Program-made: the position numbers and the translations under genes | Shown: piece after piece, positions 11,138-23,618 of the stretch | How positions within the stretch are numbered: position 1 is the first letter of the stretch | How the letters are laid out: each line of letters opens with the position of its first letter | Assembly (NCBI GenBank): GCA_038087875.1 | Contig: CM075989.1 | Coordinates: forward strand, 5,580,001-5,644,000 | From: Malacoraja senta | Taxonomy: Eukaryota | DNA: 64,000 bases | Direction: 5' to 3' | Notes under the pieces: model-generated | Told to the model about the DNA's origin: nothing | The model's database searches: none | What the model saw: the letters and a program-made list of their open reading frames with translations, nothing else

Positions 11138-12110
11138 TCTGGACGAGGGAATTGAAAGCAACATCTCCATGTTTGCGGATGACACTAAGCTGGGGGGCAG
11201 TGTTAGCTGTGAGGAGGATGCTAGGAGACTGCAAGGTGACTTGGATAGGCTGGGTGAGTGGGCAAATGTTTGGCAGATGCAGTATAATGTGGATAAATGT
11301 GAGGTTATCCACTTTGGTGGCAAAAACGGGAAGGCAGACTATTATTTAAATGGTGGCCGATTAGGAAATGGGGAGATGCAGCGAGACCTGGGTGTCATGG
11401 TACACCAGTCATTGAAAGTAGGCATGCAGGTGCAGCAGGCAGTGAAGAAAGCGAATGGTATGTTGGCCTTCATAGCAAGAGGATTTGAGTATAGGAGCAG
11501 GGAGGTTCTACTGCAGTTGTACAGGGTCTTGGTGAGACCACACCTGGAGTATTGCGTACAGTTTTGGTCTCCAAATCTGAGGAAGGACATTATAGCCATA
11601 GAGGGAGTGCAGAGAAGGTTCACCAGACTGATTCCTGGGATGTCAGGACTTTCATATGAAGAAAGACTGGATAGACTTGGCTTATACTCGCTAGAATTTA
11701 GGAGATTGAGAGGGGATCTTATAGAAACGTACAAAATTCTTATGGGGTTGGACAGGCTAGATGCAGGAAGATTGTTCCCGATGTTGGGGAAGTCCAGGAC
11801 AAGGGGTCACAGCTTAAGGATAAGGGGGAAATCCTTTAAGACCGAGATGAGGAAAAACCTTTTCACACAGAGAGTGGTGAATCTCTGGAACTCTCTGCCA
11901 CAGAGGGTAGTTGAGGCCAGTTCATTGGCTATATTTAAGAGGGAGTTAGATGTGGCCCTTGTGGCTAAGGGGATCAGGGGGTATGGAGAGAAGGCAGGTA
12001 CGGGATACTGAGTTGGATGATCAGCCATGATCATATTGAATGGCGGTGCACGCTCGAAGGGCCGAATGGCCTACTCCTGCACCTATTTTCTATGTTTCTA
12101 TGTATCTATG
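11138..12110 (+). mobile_element. Young CR1 LINE, 5'-truncated (RT C-terminus)
   Basis: Uninterrupted 280-aa ORF beginning at the RT catalytic motif FADD; full 3' UTR and tail; TSD TAAAC. Confidence 0.95.
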
Positions 12111-12534
12111 TAAACACTCTTGACTCTTGACTCCTCAAGAAAATGAGCAGCAGCCAACATTTTCACTCCTACATTTTTCAGAGAGGGACTCAAATCCAAA
12201 ACACTTGTTGGCACTCAAGACAAAAGGCTGCTGTATGTTCTTGATGGAGGAGATTCATTCCTAAGCCGTTTCTCGTTAGAACAGACTCAATAAACAGACA
12301 CGTGATACCATTGAACATAAAGACGTTATTTAAAAGAGATTTGCTTTTATTCTTCTGGTTTTCATTGACATACAAGCAATTTATGAATTATAGACCACAT
12401 CCAGCGATGAATGTATAATTTTAGGGGGAACTCATGAAACTCAAACTCCCGTTCAAAGTGTGTTGCTTTTGGGTTGTGGGTGAATGTTGCGACTTGAGAT
12501 GCAACTTGTTTCTTCAGATCAAGAGTTCTTTTCG

Positions 12535-12845
12535 TTTTGTTTAGAGATACAGCACGGAAACAGGCCCTTCGGCCCGCCGAGTCCGCGCCGACCAGCGATC
12601 CACGCACTTCAACACCGTCCTCCACACACCAGGGACAATTTTACATTTATACCAAACCAATTAAGCTACAAACCTGTACGTCTTTGGAGTGAGGGAAGAA
12701 ACCGAAGATCACGGAGAAACCCCACGCGGTCATAGGGAGAACGTACAAACCTGGTACTGTCCTGTGGTCGGGATCGAACCCGAGTCTCTGCCGCTGTAAG
12801 CGCTGTAAGGGAGCAACCCTACTGCTGCACCACCGTGTTGCCCCC
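12535..12845 (-). mobile_element. V-SINE
   Basis: Head, V-domain and tail on the minus strand. Confidence 0.8.
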
Positions 12846-13127
12846 AAAGGGAACATTCATCAGAGAGGTTTGCAGCAGCATTCAAATGGTGCACATGGAT
12901 GATATTCAGGGAAGATTGAGTGTATACACCCCATAGAATTTTAGTCTAAATTCCCAAACAGAAAGTAAGTAAGTAAGTTTATTGGCCAAGTATTCACATA
13001 CAAGCAATTTGCCTTTTTGCTCCGCCCACTAGTAACAAGTTTATTTATCTACAGCATTTGGGCGTTACTAATTATCATTTATATGGTTTAGGTTTATGTG
13101 TATGATTGTCACGTGTACTGAGGTACA

Positions 13128-13505
13128 GTTTAGTTGAGTTTAGAGATACAGACCCTTCGGCCCATCGGGTCCGTGCCAAACAGCGCTCACTGCACACGAG
13201 CACTATTCCACACACGAGGGACAATTTACAATCTTGTCTGAAGCCAATTGGCCTACAAACTTGTACGTCTCTGGGATGTCGGAGGAAACTAGAGTACCTG
13301 GGGCAAACCCATGCGGTCACAGGAGGGACGCACAAACTCCATACAGACTTCACCCGTAGTCAGGATCGAACCCTGGGTCTCTGGCGCTGTAAGGCAGCAA
13401 CTCTACTGCTGCGCCACCGTGCCGCCCACAATCTCTGGGATTTCTTGGATTCGAGGAACCCGGGATCTCTGGCGCTGTGAGGCAGCAGCTCTTCCACTGT
13501 GCTGC
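13128..13505 (-). mobile_element. V-SINE with a second partial head
   Basis: Full copy at 13128-13428 plus an extra head segment at ~13455-13505. Confidence 0.75.
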
Positions 13506-13897
13506 CTCAATAACTAACTGAGAGGGAATTTGATGAAAAGACATGTTTCAGTGGGATCTTTGGAATGTGGAGGTGGAAAGGATGCTTTCTCTGCTGTTAA
13601 AAATTAGAACAAGGCATCACTGTTCAAAAGTGAGGCCTTTAACTACTTCCATGGGTTATTTAGATCCTTGCTAAGCAAAGAGATCATAGTGAGGGTCAGG
13701 ATCACAGATCTGAAGAATCAGATACAATCAGATCGGATCGGATTTTACTGAACGGCTTGAGAGGGCCAAGTGGTCTGCTCCCGTCTTAGTTCAAATACAT
13801 AACGCATGTTTCTTCTTAGTTAGTTTCCATACTTTATATCCAACTCAACAATATAGGTTGTAGCTTTAAAGTTATTGCTCCACTGGCACAGTTCCAC

Positions 13898-14208
13898 ATT
13901 TAGTTTAGTTTAGTTTAGTTTAGAGATACAGCATGGAAACAGGCCCTTTGGCCCACCGAGTCCGTGCCGTCCAGCGATCCCCGCACACTAACGCGATCTT
14001 ACTCACGCTAGGGACAATTTACATTTATACCAAGCGAATTAACCGACAAACCTGGATGTGGGAGGAAAACGGAGAAACTGGAGAAACCCCACGCAGGTCA
14101 CTGGGAGAACGTACAAACTCCACACAGACAGCACCCGTAGTCAGGATCGAACCCGGGTCTCTGGCGCTGTAAGGCGGCAACTCTACCGCTGCGCCACCGT
14201 GCAGCCCC
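13898..14208 (-). mobile_element. V-SINE, near full length
   Basis: (TTTAG)n tail at 13898-13923, V-domain, intact A/B boxes. Confidence 0.9.
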
Positions 14209-14646
14209 GAGGGACTCACATCTTGTTAAAATACCATACAAATCCTTCATGCACCGGTTACAAGCTCGCATCTCCCCATCCACTATTTTGATTCAATAAC
14301 CAATGCAAAACACTGTTTCAATGCTCCCCCTATTGTCTACATTGAAGTGTCCATCCATGTAATTGCCCGATCACTAATCTTGCCTGTACTCGTTGCCACG
14401 AGCCAGGTCCAGTCAAGTTTTCATTTGGATAAATACCGTGAGTTACAGATACAATGAACAATATTGCTGCAGTATTGCAGGCACATAGACTCAGATAAAG
14501 AATCAACTCTCCAAGACAGTGTACAGAAAACAAATGTGCAAACTAACAGTTAGAAAGAATTCCAGAGTCGAACAAGTGCTGGTGCATGGTGGTCATGTTT
14601 AGTCATTGAGGTAGGATAAAAATGGTGTCGGTTGATTCAAGAACCT

Positions 14647-14862
14647 GTGTCGAAAGGAACTGCAGATGCTGGTTTATACCGAAGATAGATACAAAGTGCT
14701 GGAGTAACTCAGCGGGGTCAGGCAGCATCTCTGGGGAAAAAGGATGTGTGACGTTTCAGCTCGGGTCTGAAGGAGGGTCTCGACCCGAAACGTCACCCAT
14801 CCTTTTTCTCCAGAGATGCCGCCTCTCCCGTTGAGTTACTCCAGCACTTTGTGTCCATTTTT
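14647..14862. mobile_element. Fold-back Penelope-type short element
   Basis: Inverted arms; decayed TSD GATTCAAGAACCT / GGTTCGAGAACCT; hammerhead-like motif at 14763-14798 with 4-bp stem I (GGGT/ACCC) but core variant CUGAAGG. Confidence 0.75.
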
Positions 14863-14935
14863 GGTTCGAGAACCTAATGATTGTACAGAAGTAATTGTTC
14901 CTGAACCTGGTGGTCTGGGACCTCAGGGTACTGGG

Positions 14936-15235
14936 TGGCTTGATGGCACAGCGGGTAGAGTTGCTGCCTTACAGCGCCAGAGACCTGGGTTTGTTCTTGA
15001 CTACGAGTGCTCTCTGTACGGAGTTTGCATGTTCTCCCATGACCACGAGGGCTTTCTTCGGGTGCTCTGGTTTTCTCCCACACTCCACGGACGTACATAT
15101 TTTCTAGGTTAATTGGCTTTGGTAATTAAAAAATCGTAAATTGTCCCTAGTTTGTTTAGAGTGCTGGTCGATGCGGACTTGATGGACTAAAGGACCTGTT
15201 TCCGCACTGTTTCTATAATCTAAACAAAACTAAAT
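14936..15235 (+). mobile_element. V-SINE
   Basis: Head, V-domain, tail. Confidence 0.8.
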
Positions 15236-15650
15236 CCCCTTCCCAATGATGGTGCTGAGGAGGGCATAGACCAGATGGCCGTGATCATAGATGATTGATG
15301 CCACCTTCTTCATTCAGTGTCCAATGTCGATGGATTCAGTGATGGGGTGGGCTGCCATCAGCTTGAAGTCCTGTCGCTAACAGTGCAGGCAGATTTATCA
15401 AAGAACTTTTATCAATTCATCCAAAGCACAACTAATGTTCAAGAGTAGTTTATTGTCACATGTACTGAGGTACCAGTGAGATTCTTTGCATTCGCATACA
15501 ATCCGGTAAATTCATACAGCAGACTTCACCCCTGCAGTAGACAAAGAGTCTCCACGTCTCTGGTACCGACAAACTTTCAGAAGTTCTTAGTACAATCTTA
15601 TCTTCTTGCTGCGGCGAACCAGGACTGGCATCGCACGTGGCCGCAAACGC

Positions 15651-16752
15651 GCCCCCCCCCACTGCTCCCCCCACTGCCTCCCCCACAGCCTCCCCCACTG
15701 CCCCCCACTGTCCCCCACACTGCCCCCCACTGCCTCCCACTGTCCTCCACACTGCCCCCCCACTGCCTCCCCCACAGCCTCCCCCACTGCCCCCCACTGT
15801 CCTCCACACTGCCCCCCCACTGCCTCCCCCACAGCCTCCCCCACTGCCCCCCACTGTCCCCCACACTGCCCCCCCACTGTCCCCCACACTGCCTCCCCCA
15901 CTGCCCCCCACTGTCCCCCACACTGCCCCCCCACTGCCCCCCCACTGCCTCCCCCCCACTGCCCACCCCCCCACTGCCCCCCCACTGCCCCCCCACTGCC
16001 CCTCACTGCCCCCCCACTTCCCACTGCCCCCCCACTGCCCCCCACACTGCCCCCCCTACTGCCTCCCCCACTGCCTCCCCCCCACTGCCCACCCCCCCAC
16101 TGCCCCCCCACTGCCTCCCCCACAGCCTCCCCCCCACTGCCCACCCCCCACTGCCCCCCCACTGCCCCTCACTGCCCCCCCACTTCCCACTGCCCCCCCT
16201 ACTGCCTCCCCCACTGCCTCCCCCCCACTGCCCACCCCCACACTGCCCCCCACTGCCCCCCCACTGCCTCCCCCCCACTGCCCACCCCCCCACTGCCCCC
16301 CCACTGCCCCTCACTGCCCCCCCACTTCCCACTGCCCCCCCACTGCCCCCCACACTGCCCCCCCTACTGCCTCCCCCACTGCCTCCCCCCCACTGCCCCC
16401 CCCCCTCTGCCTCCCCCACTGCCTCCGCCACTGCCCCCCCCCACTTCCCACTGCCCCCCCCACTGCCCACCCCCCCACTGCCCCCCACCCCACTGCCCCC
16501 ACACACTGCCCCCCCCACTGCCCACCCCCCCACTGCCCCCCACCCCACTGCCCCCCACACTGCCCCCCACTGCCCCCCCCCCACTGCCCCCCCCACTGCC
16601 CACCCCCCCACTGCCCCCCCCCCACTGCCCCCCCCCCCACTGCCCCCCCCACTGCCCACCCCCCCACTGCCCCCCCCCCACTGCCCCCCCCCACTGCCCC
16701 CCCCCACTGCCCCCACCCCACTGCCCCCCCCCACTGACCTCCTCCCCCCCCC
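15651..16752. repeat. C-rich degenerate minisatellite, core CACTGCCCCC(C)
   Basis: Direct observation; generates all the Pro/Gly-rich ORFs here. Confidence 0.95.
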
Positions 16753-16884
16753 CCTCGGCTCTCTCTTTGTTCTTGGCGGCACGGCTCTTTGGGTCCACTC
16801 ATGGTGGCCTCATGCCGGGTCGCTCTTCATTCTCTGTCCCCCCCCCCCCCGCTGGGTCCCTCTTAGTTCTCGGCCCAGGAGCTT

Positions 16885-17231
16885 TATGCTTGGCCTGGCC
16901 AAGCTGGCCATCCGCGTGCGGTCTGCCTGAGCCGGCTGCCAGCACCTTTCTGGGGTTAAGTCCGCGCCCGGGTGCTATTAGAAAGGAACCACGGGCACCC
17001 TGGGCGATTTCCGGGACCACTGGGCACCGCGGGGGGTGGAATGCATCCTTGACAAGGATTGTAATATAGTTGTTTAATATTGTATTTAGTTATGTATATA
17101 AGAATGGTACATAAGAATATTTGTTTGGATAATTGTGTGATTTTGTATTATGGTGGTGGGTTGGTTTGGTATTACTTTGTATTGTATATATTATTATAAT
17201 AAATGATTAAACTTATTTTTGTTTAAAAAAA
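16885..17231 (+). mobile_element. Tx1-like LINE 3' fragment
   Basis: Frameshifted translation LGLAKLAIR...VRARVLLER...GDFRDHWAPRGVECILDKDCNIVV*; AT-rich UTR with AATAAA and A-run. Confidence 0.6.
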
Positions 17232-17361
17232 GGATCTTTCTGCGGCTGCGCGGTGCATCCCGCCAGGCCTATGTACAGTTTACGTCACGTGTTATAGACA
17301 AGGGGATTCATCCAAGAGAAGCACATTTGACAAGGGTTAGCTTGCACAGTTATTAAACAAA

Positions 17362-17537
17362 AGTGCTGGAGAAACTCAGCGGGTGCAGCAGCATCTATGG
17401 AGCGAAGGAAATAGGCAACGTTTCGGCCCGAAACGTTGCCTATTTCCTTCGCTCCATAGATGCTGCTGCACCCCGCTGAGTTTCTCCAGCACTTTTGTCT
17501 ACCTTCGATTTTCCAGCATCTGCAGTTCCTTCTTGAA
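17362..17537. mobile_element. Fold-back Penelope-type short element (young)
   Basis: Essentially perfect hairpin of ~70-bp arms centred on CGTTTCGGCCCGAAACG plus an unpaired 3' extension; 17-bp TSD CACAGTTATTAAACAAA (17345-17361, 17538-17554). Confidence 0.88.
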
Positions 17538-17717
17538 CACAGTTATTAAACAAATAGGATCAGTTTGATCAAGGTGTGGGTGAAGTTTCAGTTTCCTCCT
17601 GAATGTTTGCTCAATTTTCCCGCATCACTTGGGATTATATCCACAGCACTGCAATAGAAAAATGACTGGCCTGTATGAGATGGGGTAAAATCACAGTGCT
17701 CACTAACCTTAAAAACT

Positions 17718-18432
17718 TGTGGTGAATTATATTAAAAGCACTTTTCAACAAAAAAATTATAAAATCAATGTTAAAATAATCTCTGTAGTTGTTAATACTC
17801 AACTGGATCCCGATCCTAAATTAATAATATTGGGCATGTCAGAACAATACGTAAAACTTACAACAAACCAAAGAAATTTCCTTGACTACAGTATAATAAT
17901 TGGGAAAAAATTAATATTAAAATTTTGGAAAAATCCTGCAACCCCCACAATTAAGATGTGGATTATGGAGATGTCCGAGACCTTATATTTGGAAAAAATT
18001 AGATATGTCTTAATTAACAAACCAGAATTATTTACTAAAATATGGTCTCCATTTATAGATTATCTGAAGGGGTAGACTGGGCCGGCACGGAGGCCTGACT
18101 GAAACCTGAACCCAGGACTGGATGAATAGTTACGTTTTCTGACCTATGGACCTATCTCCTAAGTTGTATTATTGATAGTTTATCTTACTTTTTTAATTTC
18201 TTCTTTTTATTTCTTTATTTTTATTATCTATAAATATAAATAAATAATTAGAGGCAACGTTAATATGTAACCGATAAAGGAGGACCCCAGCTACTTTGGT
18301 AACTGGGTACCCGGAACCCTGGATACTTAATATGTAACCGTTATACAAAGTTTGTATTGGGTTGGACTATGATATGCAGATACCTCTAATAAAAATGTAC
18401 AATAAAAAAATATATAAAAAATAAAAATAAAA
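17718..18432 (+). mobile_element. L1-clade LINE 3' fragment
   Basis: 118-aa ORF ...KKLILKFWKNPATPTIKMWIMEM...LEKIRY...FTKIWSPFIDYL typical of fish-type L1 ORF2 ends; A-rich tail. Confidence 0.8.
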
Positions 18433-18473
18433 TTAGTTCCCGACGATCAAGGTCTGCTAGAATAAAATTCATG

Positions 18474-18620
18474 AAGGCACAGTGGCTCAGCTGGTAGAGC
18501 TGCTGCCTCTCAGCTCCAGAGATCCAAGTTCGATCTTGACCTGGGGTGCTGTCTGTGTGGAGTTTGCACGTTATCCCTGTGATGCCGTGGGTTTCATCCA
18601 GGGGGCTCCTTTCTTCTGAA
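18474..18620 (+). mobile_element. V-SINE 5' half
   Basis: A/B boxes and start of V-domain. Confidence 0.7.
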
Positions 18621-18894
18621 ACTTTGGAAGCAGTTTCATTTTTGACTGACAAATCAGTTTCATGGATGAATCCATTTCTGTTATACCTGTGGCCCCTGGC
18701 AAAGCCACAACGAGGTGACTGGTAAGAACATTTGGAGATGACTCGAGCCGTTGAGCGACTGTGATCCAGACTATATATAACTGCTGGAAAATAGCTCACG
18801 GCTATAACAAGGTCATGTTCTCTTCAGGGTAAACATAGCACATGGAAAGGTGCAGCACATGAACAGGCCCTTCGGCCCACAGTGTCCATGCTGG

Positions 18895-19120
18895 TAAAAG
18901 GGGAGAGGATATAGTTAGAGAGAGAGAGGGGAGAAAGAGAGAGAGGACAATGAGGGGTGTGTGGAGAGGATAGAGTGAGAAGGAGAGAGAGAGAGAGGGA
19001 GAGATAGAGTGAAGGAGAAATAGAGAGATGGACAGGGAAGGAGCAAAAGAGAGAGATGAGAGAGAGGGGGGGAAGAGCAAGAATGAGAGAGAGAGTAAAG
19101 AGGGGACAGGGAAGAGGTAA

Positions 19121-19155
<35 letters not shown>

Positions 19156-19535
19156 AAGAGAGAGAGAGAACTGGAGAAAGAGAGAGAGAGAGTGAGGACG
19201 GAGAGTGAGAGAGGAGAGAGAGAGCAAGAGAGAGGACAGAGAGGACAGTGAGAAAGGGCAGAGAGGGTAAAGAGAAAGAGGAATAAAGAGAGAAAACATG
19301 AAGAGAGAGAGAATTACATACTGTATAGAGGGAGATATAGTAAGAGCATAAAGAGAAAATAAAGAGATAAAGAGAGAGAGGGGGGGATAAAGAGGAGGTT
19401 GAGAGAAAGGGAGAGAGAGGATAGAGAGAAACAGGTGGGCAGAAAGAGAGCAAGACAGGTGAAGGAAAGAAGGGGAAGGAAAGAATAAAAGATGACTATA
19501 TTGAGAAAGACAGGATACAATAAACAGCAGAGAGG
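18895..19535. repeat. GA-rich polypurine low-complexity tract
   Basis: Direct observation; includes (GA)n runs. Confidence 0.9.
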
Positions 19536-20264
19536 GTGTTGCAAGCTGGACGTGGTGTTTTAGCCTTTGAGAAGCCAAAGCGTAAATAACAGTGTGGCTG
19601 GTGTGCACAGAGATTCCTGTTCCATGAAGTGTAGAAGCCACAGAACTGGTTCGGTTCCGGGAATGACCTGGAACAGAGGGGCAGGCACTGGCTCTGTCAA
19701 TGTGTCCAATCACTCAATTCCCAGCAATTGCAGGGCCACTGACTTCTGTTTCAACAGAATGTTAATAAACATCTCTGAAGCACATACTGATGTCTTTCAG
19801 CGGGGATGGACAGGTAATTCAGGAATTCTCTGTCCCGGAATTAGACCTGACATCCTGGGATGCAGCTGCAGGCAAGGTCTCCCTCCCCGGGCTACATTCT
19901 TTGCAGCCACGCGCTTCCTCCTCTGCTGAAGAGTAGCGTTAGTGGAGTTCTCTGCACCGGTTTGCCCACGGAATCCGAGTGGGGAGGTGACTGGGTGGAA
20001 AATGCCCCGACAGGGAGGTCTGTGGAATCCCGCTTCCATTAGTGAGTGGACATTGCAGACATGCCTTCCTAAGCTCGCATGGGCAGGTAGGAACCTCAGG
20101 TACTCAAGTCACTGGGATAAGGTGGCTTAATGTAAAACAACACAAACTGCTGGAGTAACACAGCGAGTCAGGCATCATCTCTGGAGAACATGGATAAGTG
20201 ATGTATCAGATTGGGACCCTTCTTCAGACTGATTGTGGGGGAAAAAGCTGGGAAAGTGTAGGGG

Positions 20265-20690
20265 CAGGAGCGTTTGATGGTACTGGGCCTGTAATCGCTG
20301 GAGTTTAGAAGAATGAGGGGGACCTCATGGAAACGTACAGAATAGTGAAAAGCCTGGATAGAGTGCATGTGGAGGGGATGTTTCCACTAGTGGGAAAATC
20401 CACAACTAGCCTCAGAATTAAAGGGCGTTCTTTTAGGAAGGAGATGTGGAGGAATTTCTTTCATCAGAGGGTGGTTTATCTGTGGAATTCTTTGCCACAG
20501 GAGGCTGCGGAGGCCAAGTCAGTGGATATTTTAAAGGCAGAGATAGACATATTCTTGGTTAGTACATGTGTCAGAGGTTATGGGGAGAAGGCAGGAGAAT
20601 GGGTTTAGGAGGGAGAGATAGATCAGCCATGATTGAATGGTGGAGTAGACTTGATGGGCCGAATGGCCTAGTTCTGCTCCTATCACTTAG
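20265..20690 (+). mobile_element. CR1 3' fragment nested in Penelope-type repeats (~20130-20830)
   Basis: ORF ETYRIVKSLDRV...RVVYLWNSLPQ...GYGEKAGEW; Penelope-type arms on both sides. Confidence 0.8.
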
Positions 20691-21013
20691 GATCTAAATG
20701 GACAAAGCCTTTTATCAGTCTGAAAAGGGTCCCAACCCAAATCGTGTTCAGGGATGTTGCCTAACCCACTGAATTACTCCTGGACTTTGTGTCATTTTTT
20801 GTAAACGTATCTGCAGTTCTTTGTTTCTATATGAGTTTGCTTACATGTTGCAATCAGAACTACCTGGGTGGATGAGGCAGCCCCACCAACGGATACAGAA
20901 TTAGATCTAGGTAGAGATATAGGCGTTGATGAGCTGCATTGCAGCAAGGATACAGAGTGGGAGCGCCTTGGAACCAGCTTGTGTTTCGATAATACTAAAT
21001 TGAAGATTTGTAT

Positions 21014-21925
21014 TATAATAATAATAATTAATAATTCATTTTATTTACTGGCGCCTTTCTAAAACCCAAGGACACCTTACAAGGCATAGAATCACAAAAA
21101 TACAAAACACATAATCGGAGTAAATTAAATATAAAAACACCACAGTACACAAATCAAGGACAGAATTCAAGTACAAAAGCACAAAAAGAAAATAAGAAAC
21201 ACAATTTGAGGAGAGAGCAGCGGTGACCAATTCGCGCCAGCGTCCACTCTCCCCTCCGACCGCCATCTTGTACATGGACTAACAGGCACAGCACACAAAA
21301 ATCATCCCCCCACAATGGTTACCACTGTGGGGGAAGGCACAATGTCCAGTCCCCAACCCAGTTCTCCCCAGAGTCAGGCCCATCGAGGCCATCACAGTTG
21401 CCTCTACGGAGGCCCGATGTTCCTGGCTGTCGGGAGAGTCCTCGCAGCGGCTGGAACGGCCGGTTTCCCAGCGGAGTCGATGGCACCCGAAGCCGACAGG
21501 GCCGCGCCGATTTGGAGCCACGAGGCTCCCGATGTTGGAGTCGGCGCCGTCGCCCGCGGCTGGTCGCTCCGCAGTCCCGCAGCCCGGAGGTGTTGATCTC
21601 GGCGGTCAACGCATACCGGAGCTCCAGCGCGTCGATCCAGCGCGGCGACCCAGGCAAGGCATCGCCCGCTACGCTCCACAATAGCGCTCCAGCGCTGTGC
21701 CGCCACCGAAGCTGAAGGTGCTGGGCGGTCCCCATCAGGAAACGCCGCTCCACGCCCGCTGGTAGGCCACGAGGACTGGAGAAAAAGCTGCCTCACCGAC
21801 CAGGTAGGGACCCAAAAATAGTTTCCCCTTACCCCCCCCATTAAAAGTCAAAATCCCCAAAAACGAAGAAATAAAAAACACTAAAATTAAAGAAAAAGTG
21901 AATTTGACGGACGGCTGCGCCATCC
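21014..21925 (-). mobile_element. GC/CpG-rich non-coding retroposon with LINE-like 3' tail
   Basis: (ATA)n tail at 21014-21035, L2-like terminal motif, GC-rich body with no TE-like ORF. Confidence 0.55.
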
Positions 21926-22043
21926 CTTTAGTGTCCCAGTGATAGAATTCTATACTCCTGAAAGAGGGATGGTGGTCTCAGAGTCTCCAATCTTGAAATA
22001 GAGATCGCAATGAAATCCCAAACTCATAGTATGCTTTCTATGG

Positions 22044-22520
22044 TCATCTATAGAAGTTTGTAAGAGTCTTTGGAGACATTACGAATTCTCTCAGTCTCTT
22101 CAGGAAGTGGAGGTGTTGGTGAGCCACCTTAGTTGACAGATCATTGTGGTTGGTCAACGACAGATGATTGGTAATATTAACGCCAAGAAACTTGAAGCTC
22201 CATACCTTTTCCACTTTGGCACCATTGATGCTGGTTGGGGCATGTACTTCCCCAATCAGCCTGAAGTTGAAAACTAGCTCCTTTGTCCTGCTGACATTGA
22301 GGGAGAGGTTGTTGTCCTGACACCATGTTACTAAGTGCCCCATCTTGTACTCCTTATTCACGACTCCGCCCACCACAATGGTATCATCTGCAAACCTGTA
22401 GATGGAGTTAGAGCCCAATTTGGCCGTTACCGTGAGAGTACGGGGAGCACAGTAGGGGATTGAGAACACATCCTTGCAGGGCACCGGTGTTGAGGATTAT
22501 TACAGATGAGGTGTTGTCAC
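22044..22520 (-). mobile_element. Old Rex1/Babar-type RT fragment
   Basis: IYRFADDTIVVG...WCQDNNLSLNVSRTKEL...FKFLGVNI...LTNFYR. Confidence 0.75.
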
Positions 22521-23035
22521 TGATTGTGGAGTGGCCCCACAGCAGTAGCGTCCACGTCGCGGGGCTGGAATCTGGAAGTATCCCCAGCTAATTCTGCTAC
22601 CACCATCATGTATTGCAACAAGTGATGGCACCCACTGATTGTCGCCGGAAGCTCAGGACGGACGATGACAGCGGTCAACACTTGAAACATGGAAGATGGA
22701 CATGAAAGAAGAAGACGGATTGTGGACTATGGGTCAGAAAGTTGAGTATCCAGTGGCAGAAGGGGGAGCTGATTTCTAGGCATGGGAGTTTGGAGATAAG
22801 TTTGGATGGGAGAATAATTTTGAAAATGAAGCTATAGTCCATAAATGGGAATCTAACTTTGGAGTCTTGTTGTCTAGGTATATCAGAGATGAGGTTAGGC
22901 CCACGGAGATGGTGTCTGCTATGGATCTGGTATGACGGGAAGAAAACTGCAGAGATAAGGTGGCAAACATCTTTCCCCAGGGTAGAGGAATCAAAAACTA
23001 GAGGCCATAGGTTTAATGTGATTGAGGAAAGATTA

Positions 23036-23325
23036 CATAGAAACATAGAAACATAGAAAATAGATGCAGGAGGAGGCCATTCGGCCCTTCGAGCCAGCAC
23101 CGCCATTCATTGTGATCAATGTCTGCCTTCTCCCCGTATCCCTTGATTCCACTAGCCCCTAGAATTCTATCTAACACTCTCTTAAATCCATCCAGTGATT
23201 TGGCCTCCACTGCCCTCTGTGGCAGGGAATTCCACAAATTCACAACTCTCTGGGTGAAAATGTTTTTTCTCACCTCCGTCTTAAATTGCCTCCCCTTTAT
23301 TCTAAGACTGTGGCCCCTAGTTCTG
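23036..23325 (-). mobile_element. CR1 3' fragment nested in an older plus-strand CR1
   Basis: (CATAGAAA)n tail; SRTRGHSLRIKG...RVVNLWNSLPQR. Confidence 0.85.
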
Positions 23326-23618
23326 GAATTAATAGGAACCCAAGGAACAGCTTCTTTGTAGAGAGGATGATGAGATATGGAACAAGCTGTCAGAGGAAGT
23401 GGTTGAAGCAGGTTCAATAAAAGCATTTAAAAGACTGATACATGGATAGGAAAGGGTTTGAGGGACATGGGACGAGCTTAGATGGGTATCTTAGTTGGTA
23501 TGGACGAGTTGGGGCTGTTTCTATACTGTATGACTATAACTCTATAAGACATAGAGAAATTGAGTGAGTGGATGAAAGTTGGCAGATGGCAATTGTGAAG
23601 CTATCTGCTTTTGTTCAG

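Noticed and set aside
12182..12232. Plus-strand 51-nt exon candidate
   Set aside because: Weak donor (GCT|GTATGT) and unrecognised translation.
14221..14283. Minus-strand segment reading DGEMRACNRCMKDLY before a GTGAGT donor
   Set aside because: Acceptor lacks a pyrimidine tract, there is an in-frame stop just upstream, and CxxC alone is not diagnostic.
15456..17069. Long Pro/Gly-rich ORFs (up to 487 aa)
   Set aside because: Produced in all frames by the C-rich minisatellite; no coding signal.
19655..19663. STAT/GAS motif TTCCGGGAA
   Set aside because: About one such match is expected by chance in this length.
18802..19713. 303-aa Ser/Leu-rich ORF
   Set aside because: Reverse translation of the GA-rich tract.
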